Assembly (NCBI GenBank): GCA_964528645.1
Contig: CAZGSR010000005.1
Span: 2,719-66,718 of the forward strand
Reading direction: 5' to 3'
Source: an uncultured Mageeibacillus sp.
GTDB taxonomy: Bacteria > Bacillota > Clostridia > Saccharofermentanales > UBA5734
Length of the DNA stretch: 64,000 bases
Shown here: piece by piece, positions 36,631 to 45,751 of the stretch
Position numbering within the stretch: position 1 is the first letter of the stretch
Layout of the letters: every line of letters starts with the position of its first letter
Notes under the pieces: model-generated
Database searches by the model: none
What the model saw: the letters and a program-made list of their open reading frames with translations, nothing else
What the model was told of the DNA's origin: nothing
Made by a program: the position numbers and the translations under genes

Positions 36631-38220
36631 TCAGGCGCCGAGGATTTGCTGCATGTCGTAGTCGACATTAGAGGTCGGACGGATGCCGAACTGGTCGACG
36701 AGGACATTGAGGACGTTGGCGGAAACAAAGGCAGGCAGTGTCGGGCCAAGGTAGATATTCTTGACACCGAGGGCCAACAGGGTCAGCAGGACGCAAACAG
36801 CCTTCTGCTCGTACCAGGAGAGAACCAGGGTCAGCGGCAGATCGTTGACGCCACAGTTGAAAGCCTCAGCCAGGGCGACGGCGACACGGATCGCGGAGTA
36901 GGAGTCGTTGCACTGGCCCATGTCCATGATGCGCGGGAACGGTCCGATGTGGCCGATATCCATGTCATTGAAGCGGAACTTGCCGCAGGCCAGGGTCAGG
37001 ACGATGGTGTCAGACGGGGTGGCCTTGACGAAGTCGGTGTAGTAATTGCGGCCCGGCTTGGCACCGTCGCAGCCACCGACGAGGAAGATGTGCTTGAGGG
37101 CACCGCTATTGACCGCATCGATGACCTGGGTGGCAGCACCGAGGACGGTCGCGTGGCCAAAGCCGGTCAGCAGCTTAGAACCGCCGTTGATGCCGGTCAT
37201 GGTGACAGGCTCGGAGAAACCGCCGAGGGCGATGGCTTTTTCGATGACCTGGGAAAAGTCCTTGTGACCCTTCTCACCATCCGGGATATGGACCAGGCCG
37301 GGATACTCGACGACAGCGGTGGTGAACACGCGATCGGCATAGTCTTCTTTCGGGGGCATCAGGCAGTTGGTGGTAAAGAGGAAGGCAGCCGGGACATTCT
37401 TGAATTCCTTCTGCTGGTTCTGCCAGGCGGTACCGAAATTGCCCTTGAGCTGGCTGTATTTCTTGAGTTCCGGATAGGCATGGGCTGGCAGCATTTCGCC
37501 GTGGGTGTAGATGTTGACGCCTTTGCCTTCGGTCTGCTCGAGCAACATCTTGAGGTCGTGCAGGTCATGTCCGGAGACGACGATGAAGGGGCCCTTTTCG
37601 ATGGTCATGGTGACTTCGGTCGGGACAGGGTTGCCATAGGCGCTGGTGTTGGCATCGTCGAGGACTTCCATGCAGCGATAGTTATCCTTGCCGAACTTCA
37701 TCAGGAGGTTGAGCCATTCTTCGACGCTGTGATCGGTACCGACCGCGACCATGCCATCAAACATGGCCTGGTTGACTTCGGCGTCCATTTTGTCGAGCAT
37801 CAGGGCATGGTAGGCATAGGCAGCCATGCCACGCAGACCTAAAAGCAGCAGGGAGCGCAGGGAAACGACATCCGGATCACCGGCGAAGAGCTGGTCGCCC
37901 TGGGCGATGACGCTGTGAACAACGAGCTTGTTCGCGGCACGCTTGGCAGCAGCAGCAGCTTCGACTTTGGCCACGAGCTTATTGAGCGAGACATCATCGA
38001 AGCTGACATTGGTGATGGTGGTGAACAGACCTTCCATCATCAGCTGGGCGTCAGCAGCGGTGATTTCCTGCCCCTGGTTGGCGAGGGCGAAATTAATCAG
38101 GGCAAGGGTCAGGTCATCCTGCAGATTGGATGTGTCGGCACTTTTGCCGCAGGCACCGGCAACGGTGCAGCCTTTGCCGCCGACGGTTTGTTCGCACTGG
38201 AAACAGAACATGTTTGACAT
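36631..38220 (-). CDS. hcp: hybrid-cluster protein / hydroxylamine reductase
   Basis: MSNMFCFQCEQTVGGKGCT N-terminal cluster motif. ATG 38220 has SD GGAGGA, and the ORF-track start 38415 adds an implausible 65-aa extension. Confidence 0.92.
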   Translation of the reverse strand: MSNMFCFQCEQTVGGKGCTVAGACGKSADTSNLQDDLTLALINFALANQGQEITAADAQLMMEGLFTTITNVSFDDVSLNKLVAKVEAAAAAKRAANKLVVHSVIAQGDQLFAGDPDVVSLRSLLLLGLRGMAAYAYHALMLDKMDAEVNQAMFDGMVAVGTDHSVEEWLNLLMKFGKDNYRCMEVLDDANTSAYGNPVPTEVTMTIEKGPFIVVSGHDLHDLKMLLEQTEGKGVNIYTHGEMLPAHAYPELKKYSQLKGNFGTAWQNQQKEFKNVPAAFLFTTNCLMPPKEDYADRVFTTAVVEYPGLVHIPDGEKGHKDFSQVIEKAIALGGFSEPVTMTGINGGSKLLTGFGHATVLGAATQVIDAVNSGALKHIFLVGGCDGAKPGRNYYTDFVKATPSDTIVLTLACGKFRFNDMDIGHIGPFPRIMDMGQCNDSYSAIRVAVALAEAFNCGVNDLPLTLVLSWYEQKAVCVLLTLLALGVKNIYLGPTLPAFVSANVLNVLVDQFGIRPTSNVDYDMQQILGA

Positions 38221-38303
38221 TGGGAGATCCTCCGATATTTTTATTGGCTTGGAGCCTTTGGGATACTGGTCTGAGTGATGAAAAACTGGTTTTTGATGCT
38301 GGA

Positions 38304-39065
38304 TCAGTCTTCGAGGATGCGGCCATCGGTGGTGATGGTCACGACCTGCCAAGGAATCATCTTGCCGCTCTGTTGCAGGGCTTTCTTGGCGGCGAAGTCG
38401 AGACCGCCACAGCACGGAACCTCCATGCGGACGATGGTGACGCTGCGGATGTCATTCTGGCGGAAAATCTCCGTCAGTTTTTCGGTGTAATCTCCAGCGT
38501 CAAGTTTGGGACAGCCGATCATGGTGACTTTGCCCTTGATGAATTCCTCGTGGAAATTGGCCCGGGAGTAAGCGGCGCAATCGGCAGCGATCAGGAGCTT
38601 GGCGCCCTGGTAAAATGGAGCCTTGACCGGGAGCAGCTTGATCTGGACCGGCCATTGCTTGAGCTCGGAGTTGGCGGCAGTGGGATCGACCGGAGCCTTG
38701 GCGGCCACAGGTGTTGGCGCAACAGGAGCTTCGGCACGGTCGAAGGTACGCTGGGCATTGCCGGGACAGCCGCGGAAGACCGGCTGGGCTGCGGCAGCGG
38801 TTTTTGCAGCTGCTTCGGCTTTCATCTCGAGATCGGCCGGGGAGCCTGGGGCGGGAGCAGTGAATTCGTCCGCCTCACGTTCCTCGATCGTAATCGCACC
38901 GGTCGGGCAGGTTGGCAGGCAGGCACCGAGGCCATCGCAGTAGGATTCCTTGATCAGGCGGGCTTTGCCATTGATCAGGGCGAGGGCACCCTCGTGGCAG
39001 CCGATGATGCACTCACCGCAGCCATTGCACTTTTCTTCATCGACAACAATGATATTCCGTTTCAT
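38304..39065 (-). CDS. 2x[4Fe-4S] ferredoxin-domain protein with a Cys-containing C-terminal domain (probable Hcp electron-transfer partner)
   Basis: CNGCGECIIGC and CDGLGACLPTCP motifs. C-terminal IGCPKLD ... MEVPCCGGL. Immediately upstream of hcp. Confidence 0.75.
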   Translation of the reverse strand: MKRNIIVVDEEKCNGCGECIIGCHEGALALINGKARLIKESYCDGLGACLPTCPTGAITIEEREADEFTAPAPGSPADLEMKAEAAAKTAAAAQPVFRGCPGNAQRTFDRAEAPVAPTPVAAKAPVDPTAANSELKQWPVQIKLLPVKAPFYQGAKLLIAADCAAYSRANFHEEFIKGKVTMIGCPKLDAGDYTEKLTEIFRQNDIRSVTIVRMEVPCCGGLDFAAKKALQQSGKMIPWQVVTITTDGRILED

Positions 39066-39140
39066 GTGAAGATCCTTTCGTGTGACCGGCCTGGTGTTGG
39101 AGCCGCCGGTGCAGTGGGTTCAACTTGTTTTCTGGCGTCA

Positions 39141-39158
39141 GTGTACTATAATGAACAC
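39141..39158. promoter_or_regulatory. imperfect inverted repeat GTGTAC-TATAAT-GAACAC in the divergent hcp-operon/regulator region
   Basis: The arms match 5 of 6. The spacer is a TATAAT -10 on the plus strand (TTGTTT lies 16 nt upstream). The overlapping ACTATA gives TATAGT on the minus strand. Confidence 0.35.
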
Positions 39159-39198
39159 AGGCACGCTGTAGCCATAGCAACAAAGAAGAAGGTGGAAC

Positions 39199-39888
39199 AT
39201 GATCGAGAAATGGTTGCCCATATTGACCCGCTGTGGGATTTTCGAAGGGCTCCAAGCATCGGACATTCTCGATATGATGCCCTGTTTCCAGCCAGCCATC
39301 AAAACATACACCAAGGATGACATTCTGTGCCGGATCGGTGATCCCCAGGATACCTTTGGCGTCGTTCTTGAGGGTGAAATCATTGTCCAGAAAGAAGACT
39401 ACGCCGGCAATCGCCTGATTATGGGCACATTCGGCCCGGCCGAACTTTTCGGTGAGGTGGCCGCTTTTGCCCGGATCGGCACATGGCCCAACATGGTCGT
39501 TGCCAACAGCCGCTGCCAGGTCCTGTTCCTGCCCATCGGAAAATTTACCAAGCCCTGCTGCAAGATCTGCAATGCCCACCAGCTCCTGATCGAAAACATG
39601 CTGCGCATTGTCTCCCGCAAAGCCTTGATCATGAACAACCGGATCTCCTACCTCAAGGTTAAGAGCATGCGTGAGAAACTGGCTGCTTTCCTCTACGAAC
39701 AACACCAGATGACTGGAAACCGGACCTTCATGATCCCGATGAACCGTGAACAACTGGCAGATTACCTCAATGTGTCCCGCCCCTCGATGTCTCGTGAACT
39801 TGGCCGGATTCGTGACGAAGGCGTGATAGACTTCTATCGCTCCTCGTTCACGATCAAGGATATCGAAGCCCTGCGCCGCATGCACTAA
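39199..39888 (+). CDS. Crp/Fnr family transcriptional regulator (HcpR-like by context)
   Basis: N-terminal cNMP-binding-like fold (FGVVLEGEIIVQKEDYAGNR ... FGEVAAF) and a C-terminal HTH (REQLADYLNVSRPSMSRELGRIRDEGVI). Divergent from the hcp operon. Confidence 0.85.
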   Translation: MIEKWLPILTRCGIFEGLQASDILDMMPCFQPAIKTYTKDDILCRIGDPQDTFGVVLEGEIIVQKEDYAGNRLIMGTFGPAELFGEVAAFARIGTWPNMVVANSRCQVLFLPIGKFTKPCCKICNAHQLLIENMLRIVSRKALIMNNRISYLKVKSMREKLAAFLYEQHQMTGNRTFMIPMNREQLADYLNVSRPSMSRELGRIRDEGVIDFYRSSFTIKDIEALRRMH

Positions 39889-39915
39889 AGCGGCATCCAT
39901 CAAAGGAGGCCTCCC

Positions 39916-40164
39916 ATGACTGAGCACACCATCCTGATCATCCGTGTCAACCAGCGTCTGCACAGCGCCGAGAAACTGCAGAAGGTTTTCTCACAGTACG
40001 GCTGCAGCATCAAGACCCGGCTGGGCTTGCATGAGGCCGGGGACGTCTGCGCCACCGACGGCCTGATCATCCTGCAGCTCGTCCGTGGCGCCGATGACCT
40101 CAATGCATTCCGCAATGAGCTCAATGCCCTCGATGGAGTAACTGCGATCCTGGTCGAGATCTGA
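39916..40164 (+). CDS. small ACT/NikR-C-like protein resembling the TM1266 family (putative iron-only hydrogenase system regulator)
   Basis: The 82-aa size and the pattern ILIIRVNQR...TRLGLHE...GLIILQL.G..D...F...L..L.GV resemble my recollection of TM1266. Strong SD AAGGAGG. Needs an HMM check. Confidence 0.5.
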   Translation: MTEHTILIIRVNQRLHSAEKLQKVFSQYGCSIKTRLGLHEAGDVCATDGLIILQLVRGADDLNAFRNELNALDGVTAILVEI

Positions 40165-40166
40165 CC

Positions 40167-41285
40167 ATGCACGACCCTCGCCTCGACCGACTTGCCCAGA
40201 TGCTCCTGACCCATTCCCTGCGTCTTTCCCCTGGCGATATTTTCCAGATCAATGCTATCCCCGAGGCTCAGCCACTGGTCAAGGCCCTCTACCGCGAAGC
40301 TCGTCGCCAGCGCCTGTACCCGGTTGTATTCTGGACCGATGACGAAATTGCCCGGCTGGAATACGATCTGCTGGATCCTGACTTGCCAGCAACAGCCGAG
40401 TTCCTGGAGAAACGCACTGCCTGGAATGCCGCCCGGGTGGCCGATCTCAAAGCCGTCCTGACCATTCGTGGTTCCGTGAACGAGCGGGAACTCAGCGGTG
40501 TCGATCCGATCCGCCAGCAAATGGTCAGCAAAGCAGGGGAAATCGTCTCCCGCACCATCATCAATGACCGCCAGTGGGTTCTATTCTATTGGCCGACCCC
40601 CGCCCAGGCTCAGAAAGCTGGGATGTCTCTGGATGACTACTTCGATTTCGTCCTCAACGTCAGTCTCGTCGACTACGAACGCCTGTTCCACTTTGAGCAA
40701 ATCCTCGCCGCGCGGATGGAACGGGCCAGCCGGGTCCGGATCAAGGGACCAGGCACCGACCTCTCCTTTTCCATCCAGGGCCTGCCAGCCGTCTGCTGCT
40801 ATGGCCGGCGCAATGTCCCGGATGGCGAGGTCTACACCGCACCGGTCCGCGACTCGGTCAACGGCACCATCACCTACAATGTTCCTGCCCAGTACTGGGG
40901 CAAGACCTTCAACAACATCCAGCTGACTTTTTTGAATGGGCGCATCAGCGAAGCCAGCTGTGATGGTGACAACGAGACACTGGGCAAGATTTTTGACACC
41001 GATGAAGGTGCCCGCTTCATCGGGGAATTCTCGTTTGGCGTCAATCCCATGATCCGGGAACCGATCGGCAGTACCTTGTTTGATGAGAAAATTGCCGGTT
41101 CGATTCACTTCACACCGGGCAATGCCTATGCCAAGGCCGACAATGGCAACCGGTCGGCGATCCACTGGGACCTGATCCTGATCCAGCGCCCGGAACATGG
41201 CGGCGGAGAGATCTGGCTCGACGATGTCTTTTTCCGCCAGGATGGCCGCTTTGTGCCCGAGGACTTGCAAGACCTCAATCCTTGA
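40167..41285 (+). CDS. M29 family aminopeptidase (AmpS/PepS-like)
   Basis: N-terminus DPRLDRLAQMLLTHSLRLSPGD. Motifs DGEVYTAP, GEFSFGVNP and IHFTPGNAY. Confidence 0.85.
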   Translation: MHDPRLDRLAQMLLTHSLRLSPGDIFQINAIPEAQPLVKALYREARRQRLYPVVFWTDDEIARLEYDLLDPDLPATAEFLEKRTAWNAARVADLKAVLTIRGSVNERELSGVDPIRQQMVSKAGEIVSRTIINDRQWVLFYWPTPAQAQKAGMSLDDYFDFVLNVSLVDYERLFHFEQILAARMERASRVRIKGPGTDLSFSIQGLPAVCCYGRRNVPDGEVYTAPVRDSVNGTITYNVPAQYWGKTFNNIQLTFLNGRISEASCDGDNETLGKIFDTDEGARFIGEFSFGVNPMIREPIGSTLFDEKIAGSIHFTPGNAYAKADNGNRSAIHWDLILIQRPEHGGGEIWLDDVFFRQDGRFVPEDLQDLNP

Positions 41286-41340
41286 AGCGCTGCCCTGAAT
41301 CGACTAAAATGGTGAAACAGCTGACTTTTTGGAGGAAACC

Positions 41341-42627
41341 ATGCTCGATATCAACCTCATCCGCGAAAATCCCGCACTCGTTGCGGAAAAACTGGCCCGC
41401 AAAGGCTACACAGCCGATTTCACCGACTTTCTGGCCCGCGATGAAAAGCGCCGCCAGCTGATCTTTGCTACCGAATCCCTGAAGGCTGAGAAGAACAAAA
41501 CCTCGGCCGAGATTCCGAAGCTCAAGAAAGAAGGCAAAGACATCCAGCCGATTTTCGACCGGATGAAGCAGATCTCCGAGCAGATCAGCACTCAGGATGC
41601 AGAGCTGTCAGCCCTTGAGGCACAGCAGCAGGCTTTCCTCGAAGCCTTGCCGAACTTGCCGGCCGATGACGTTGTTGCTGGTGGTAAGGAAAACAATGCC
41701 GTGGTGACTGTATTTGGCGAAAAGCCCCAGTTTGACTTCACACCGAAGCACCACGTTGACCTGGTTGAAGGACTCGGCATGATCGACTATGCCCGCGGGG
41801 CCAAACTCGGCGGCAGCGGCTTCTGGGTCTACCGCAAAGATGGCGCCCTGCTGGAATGGGCCCTGCTCAACTACTTCATGGCTGAGCACCTCAGGGATGG
41901 CTATGAAATGATGCTGCCGCCACACATTCTGACCTACCAGTGTGGCTACACCGCTGGCCAGTTCCCCAAATTCAAAGACGATGTTTTCCAGCTGCGCAAG
42001 GACGAGGGCGAAGGCTTCACACATTTCATCCTGCCCACGGCTGAAACCGCCCTGGTCAACCTCCACCGAGACGAGATCCTCGACGAAGATGCCCTGCCCT
42101 TCAAATATTTTGCCTACACCCCCTGCTATCGCAAAGAAGCTGGCAGCTACCGTGCCGAGGAACGTGGCATGATCCGCGGCCACCAGTTCAACAAGATCGA
42201 GATGTTCCAGTACGCTCTGCCGGAGCAGTCAGATGATGCCCTGGAAGAGCTCGTCGACAAGGCTGCCGCACTGGTCCGCGGCCTCGGGCTGCATCACCGG
42301 GTCAGCAAGCTCGCCGCCGGCGACTGCAGCGCCTCGATGGTCAAGACCTACGACATCGAGGTCTGGATCCCCAGCATGAATGACTACAAGGAAGTCAGCT
42401 CGGCCAGTAATGCCGGTGACTACCAGGCCCGCCGCGGCAATATGAAGTTCCGCCGCAAATCGACCGGCAAGCTGGAGTTTGTCCACACCCTCAATGCATC
42501 CGGCCTGGCAACCTCGCGCATCATGCCTGCGATTGTCGAGCATTACCAGCAAGCCGATGGCAGCATCGTCATCCCGGAGGTTCTCAGACCCTGGATGGGT
42601 GGCAGGACTGTGATCGAACGGATCTAA
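41341..42627 (+). CDS. serS: seryl-tRNA synthetase
   Basis: MLDINLIRENP start, N-terminal coiled coil, and class II motifs (FWVYRKDGALLEWAL; YRAEERGMIRGHQFNKIEMF; TLNASGLATSR). SD GGAGG lies before ATG 41341. Confidence 0.95.
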   Translation: MLDINLIRENPALVAEKLARKGYTADFTDFLARDEKRRQLIFATESLKAEKNKTSAEIPKLKKEGKDIQPIFDRMKQISEQISTQDAELSALEAQQQAFLEALPNLPADDVVAGGKENNAVVTVFGEKPQFDFTPKHHVDLVEGLGMIDYARGAKLGGSGFWVYRKDGALLEWALLNYFMAEHLRDGYEMMLPPHILTYQCGYTAGQFPKFKDDVFQLRKDEGEGFTHFILPTAETALVNLHRDEILDEDALPFKYFAYTPCYRKEAGSYRAEERGMIRGHQFNKIEMFQYALPEQSDDALEELVDKAAALVRGLGLHHRVSKLAAGDCSASMVKTYDIEVWIPSMNDYKEVSSASNAGDYQARRGNMKFRRKSTGKLEFVHTLNASGLATSRIMPAIVEHYQQADGSIVIPEVLRPWMGGRTVIERI

Positions 42628-42745
42628 GTCCGGTCATTTTCATATCAAACCGGTTAACTTCATGTTAAAATAAGGATGGTTCATTCTTCATACGTGATCT
42701 TGACCTGAACCGGCGATCCAGATGTCTCAAAGGGAGGGTACTCGC

Positions 42746-43159
42746 ATGCTCGTTCGCAATTGCTCCGGTGGACTTGTTTTCCACGACGACAAAATCCTGC
42801 TTTTGAAAAACGACAAGCATGAATGGGTCTTCCCCAAAGGAGTCCTGCGGGAAGGCGACGAACCCTCAGAACTGGCTGTCCGTCGTGTCATGATCGAGGC
42901 AGGCATCCGGGCCAAGATCATCGCCCCAGCGGGCAAGACCGCCTATGAATTCTACTCCCTGTCACGCCAGCGTCCGGTTGCCAACAAGATCACCTGGTAC
43001 ATCATGACCTGTGAAGAAGAGTCGGTCGTTCCCAGTGTCTCGAATAATTTCAGTGCCGGAGGCTTTTTCACGGTTGAGGAAGCCATGGACATGGTCACCT
43101 ACAGCCAGGACAAATCCCTCCTGATGATGTCCTTCCAGAAATACAAGGAGCTCGTCTGA
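42746..43159 (+). CDS. NUDIX hydrolase
   Basis: WVFPKGVLREGDEPSELAVRRVMIEAGI is a Nudix-box-like segment. SD GGGAGGG lies before ATG 42746. Confidence 0.8.
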   Translation: MLVRNCSGGLVFHDDKILLLKNDKHEWVFPKGVLREGDEPSELAVRRVMIEAGIRAKIIAPAGKTAYEFYSLSRQRPVANKITWYIMTCEEESVVPSVSNNFSAGGFFTVEEAMDMVTYSQDKSLLMMSFQKYKELV

Positions 43160-43163
43160 CGTT

Positions 43164-43808
43164 TTGGCTTTGCGCAATCAGTACCGGACTGTCCGGCAAG
43201 CCGCCCGGATCGAATTCATCGACCGCAAGTCCCGCTTCATCGCCGATTGCCGTCCATTGGCCAACGAGTCCCAAGCACAGCACTTCATCCGTGGCATCCG
43301 GGACGAGTTTCCGGATGCCACGCATCATGTTTACGCCTGGATCCTGGGCGGGGATAACCAGCTCCAGCGCTATTCCGATGATGGAGAACCTCAGGGCACA
43401 GCCGGCCTGCCTGTGCTCGATGTTCTCAGAAAACCAGGCATCGAACAGGCTGGCATCGTGGTTACCCGCTACTTCGGGGGCACACTCCTGGGCAGCGGTG
43501 GCCTGGTCCACGCCTATGGCACCTCAGCAGCCATGGCCCTGGAGGCTGCCGGTCCAATCACCCTCCAGCTGTGTGACCGGGTCCTCCTGACGATTGAATA
43601 CAATCAGCTTGACCTGGTCCGTCACCGTCTGTCGCAGGCAGGATTTCTGTTGGAACCGGTCCAATTCGGCCTCGATGCTGAATTAACCGTGGGTACGCCA
43701 CCGGACCGGATGGACGAACTCATCCGCCTGGTCAATGACCTGACTTCGGCTGGCGCCCTGATTGAATCCCTCGAAAGCGCCTACATTCCTGTCGACCAGA
43801 CACCCTGA
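43164..43808 (+). CDS. yigZ: YigZ/IMPACT family protein
   Basis: RKSRFIADCRPL ... ATHHVYAWILG ... YSDDGEPQGTAGLPVLDVL. TTG start. Confidence 0.85.
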   Translation: MALRNQYRTVRQAARIEFIDRKSRFIADCRPLANESQAQHFIRGIRDEFPDATHHVYAWILGGDNQLQRYSDDGEPQGTAGLPVLDVLRKPGIEQAGIVVTRYFGGTLLGSGGLVHAYGTSAAMALEAAGPITLQLCDRVLLTIEYNQLDLVRHRLSQAGFLLEPVQFGLDAELTVGTPPDRMDELIRLVNDLTSAGALIESLESAYIPVDQTP

Positions 43809-43809
43809 C

Positions 43810-43839
43810 TTGCGAAAAACGGAGCCAAGCTCGTATAAT
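43810..43839 (+). promoter_or_regulatory. putative promoter of yebC (TTGCGA-18-TATAAT)
   Basis: TTGCGA at 43810-43815 and TATAAT at 43834-43839. Confidence 0.45.
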
Positions 43840-43909
43840 AGGAGCGCCAAAACACTTGAGCTGGCAGACACACTGCTGGCCAGACAGATACCAGATGAGG
43901 AGAATTCAC

Positions 43910-44635
43910 ATGTCCGGCCATTCCAAATGGAACAACATCAAACGCAAAAAAGGTGAAGCGGATGCCCAGCGCGGTGCAATTTTCACCAAGCTTGGCCGTG
44001 AAATCCAAGTCGCAGTCAAGAATGGCGGAGCTGATCCGGAAGGCAACAGCAGGCTCAAAGATGTCATTGCCAAGGCGAAAGCCGCCAATATGCCCAATGA
44101 CAACATCCAGCGCAGCATCAAGAAAGCCTCTGGCTCCAATGACAGCGATAATTTCGAAGAAATTGTCTATGAAGGCTATGGACCCGGCGGTGTTGCCGTG
44201 ATGGTCCGCACACTCTCCGACAATCGCAACCGCACAGCTGGTGATGTTCGCCATATCTTTGACAAATTTGGCGGCAACATGGGCACCAATGGCTGTGTCT
44301 CCTTCCTGTTCCAGGAAAAGGGTACGATCATCATCGACCGCGAGCTGTATGAAGACGAAGAAGCTGTGATGATGGATGCCCTCGATTCGGGTGCCGAGGA
44401 TTTTGCCGCTGAGGAAGAGGTCTTTGAAATCACTACCTCGCCGGAGGAATTCCACGCCGTGCGTGACAATCTCGAGCAGAGAAAATATGAATTCGTCGAT
44501 GTCTCCCTGGGCCCGGTTCCCGTCACTTGGACCGAGATCAGTGATCCTGAGTTGGCCGAGAAAATGGAGAAATTGATCGACAAGATGGAAGAACTCGATG
44601 ATGTCCAGGAAGTTTTCCATAACTGGGACCGCTGA
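43910..44635 (+). CDS. yebC: YebC/PmpR family DNA-binding transcriptional regulator
   Basis: MSGHSKWNNIKRKKGEADAQRGAIFTKLGREI. SD GAGGAG lies before ATG 43910. Confidence 0.92.
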   Translation: MSGHSKWNNIKRKKGEADAQRGAIFTKLGREIQVAVKNGGADPEGNSRLKDVIAKAKAANMPNDNIQRSIKKASGSNDSDNFEEIVYEGYGPGGVAVMVRTLSDNRNRTAGDVRHIFDKFGGNMGTNGCVSFLFQEKGTIIIDRELYEDEEAVMMDALDSGAEDFAAEEEVFEITTSPEEFHAVRDNLEQRKYEFVDVSLGPVPVTWTEISDPELAEKMEKLIDKMEELDDVQEVFHNWDR

Positions 44636-44689
44636 ACATACTAATCAATTGCAGACCGACCCTACGTTCAAGCAAGGAGGTGAGGAGCC

Positions 44690-45751
44690 ATGGCGAAACG
44701 CACGGACAAATCCAAGTCCGGAGCTGAGGGCCAGCCCTCATCTCTATTAAATTCGGTCGCTTCCGTTGCCGGAGCTGCCACCAATCCCCTGAGTCGCCTG
44801 GCTGTGGCAGTCAATCGCACCGTCAGTACAGCCACGTCTGGCCAGGATTCACGTGAAGAAGATGAATCGCTGCAGGCGGCGCTTAAAACCATTGCTGTCG
44901 TTGCGTTTGTCGGTCCGCCCGGCACTGGTAAAAGCACCCGGGCTATCCGTGTTGCCCGGGAAAATAACATCGAATTCCTGATTGACGACGGCCTTCTGAT
45001 CCGGGGTAGCCGGATCGTAGCCGGGACTTCTGCCAAGCGCGCAGCCTCGAAAATCGACTCCGTCCGCCAGGCGATCTTTGCCGATGAAACCCGGGCCCAG
45101 ACCATGCGCCGGACCCTGGCTGATCATCAGCCAGCAGCGCTGATGATTCTGGGCACCTCGGACGCCATGCTGGAGAAAATCTGCGTCAACCTCTGGCTTA
45201 ATCCACCCGCCAGGCTGATCCGCATTGAGGATGTCAGCAGCGAGGAGGAAATGCGCCAGGCCCGCCAGACCCGCATGACGGAGGGCAAGCACACCATACC
45301 GGTCCCGAGCATGGAGATCAAGCACGAATTCTCCGGCACCTTCCTCAATCCAATTTCCCGCCTGCGCCGCCGCTTTGACCGTGACCGCGGAGTCCAGCCG
45401 GTGCAAAATGATGCCGAACGGACCGTCGTCCGACCTACTTTTTCCACTCTGGGCAGCTATTCCATCTCTGATGAAGCCCTGCGCAGCATGATCGAACTGA
45501 TTCTACGTCGCATCCGCGGAGTTGCGCATGTCGTGGACTGCAAAATCACCAAAGAAATCTACGGCGTAGTCATATATCTGGACCTCGCCTTGCTGTATGG
45601 ATTCAATGCCCAGATCGTTTTGCGCGAAGCCCAGGAAAAGGTCAGTCATCTGGTCGAGGAATTTACATCCATCAACGTGATGGTTGTCAATGTCAAAGCG
45701 CGGCGCGTCGTCTACCAGACAGCCGGACAATCCGCAGGAGGTTCGCAGTGA
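44690..45751 (+). CDS. uncharacterised fusion: disordered N-terminus, P-loop NTPase domain, and C-terminal Asp23/Gls24-like domain
   Basis: Walker A FVGPPGTGKST and a possible Walker B ALMILGTSD. C-terminal YSISDEALRSMIELILRRIRGVAHV ... YLDLALLYGFNAQIVLREAQEKV ... INVMVVNVKARRV fits the Asp23 pattern. Strong SD AAGGAGGTGAGGAG. Confidence 0.6.
   Translation: MAKRTDKSKSGAEGQPSSLLNSVASVAGAATNPLSRLAVAVNRTVSTATSGQDSREEDESLQAALKTIAVVAFVGPPGTGKSTRAIRVARENNIEFLIDDGLLIRGSRIVAGTSAKRAASKIDSVRQAIFADETRAQTMRRTLADHQPAALMILGTSDAMLEKICVNLWLNPPARLIRIEDVSSEEEMRQARQTRMTEGKHTIPVPSMEIKHEFSGTFLNPISRLRRRFDRDRGVQPVQNDAERTVVRPTFSTLGSYSISDEALRSMIELILRRIRGVAHVVDCKITKEIYGVVIYLDLALLYGFNAQIVLREAQEKVSHLVEEFTSINVMVVNVKARRVVYQTAGQSAGGSQ

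Noticed and set aside
38221-38415. A 65-codon His/Arg-rich extension at the 5' end of the hcp ORF.
   Set aside because: Hcp proteins start at the MFCFQCEQT cluster motif. A GGAGGA SD precedes ATG 38220.
36526-39320. 438-aa and 396-aa plus-strand ORFs overlapping hcp and the ferredoxin gene.
   Set aside because: They are antisense shadows of well-supported minus-strand genes, with no SD and no motifs.
41286-41340. T-box leader expected upstream of serS.
   Set aside because: Only 55 nt separate the upstream gene from serS. No specifier or T-box sequence fits.
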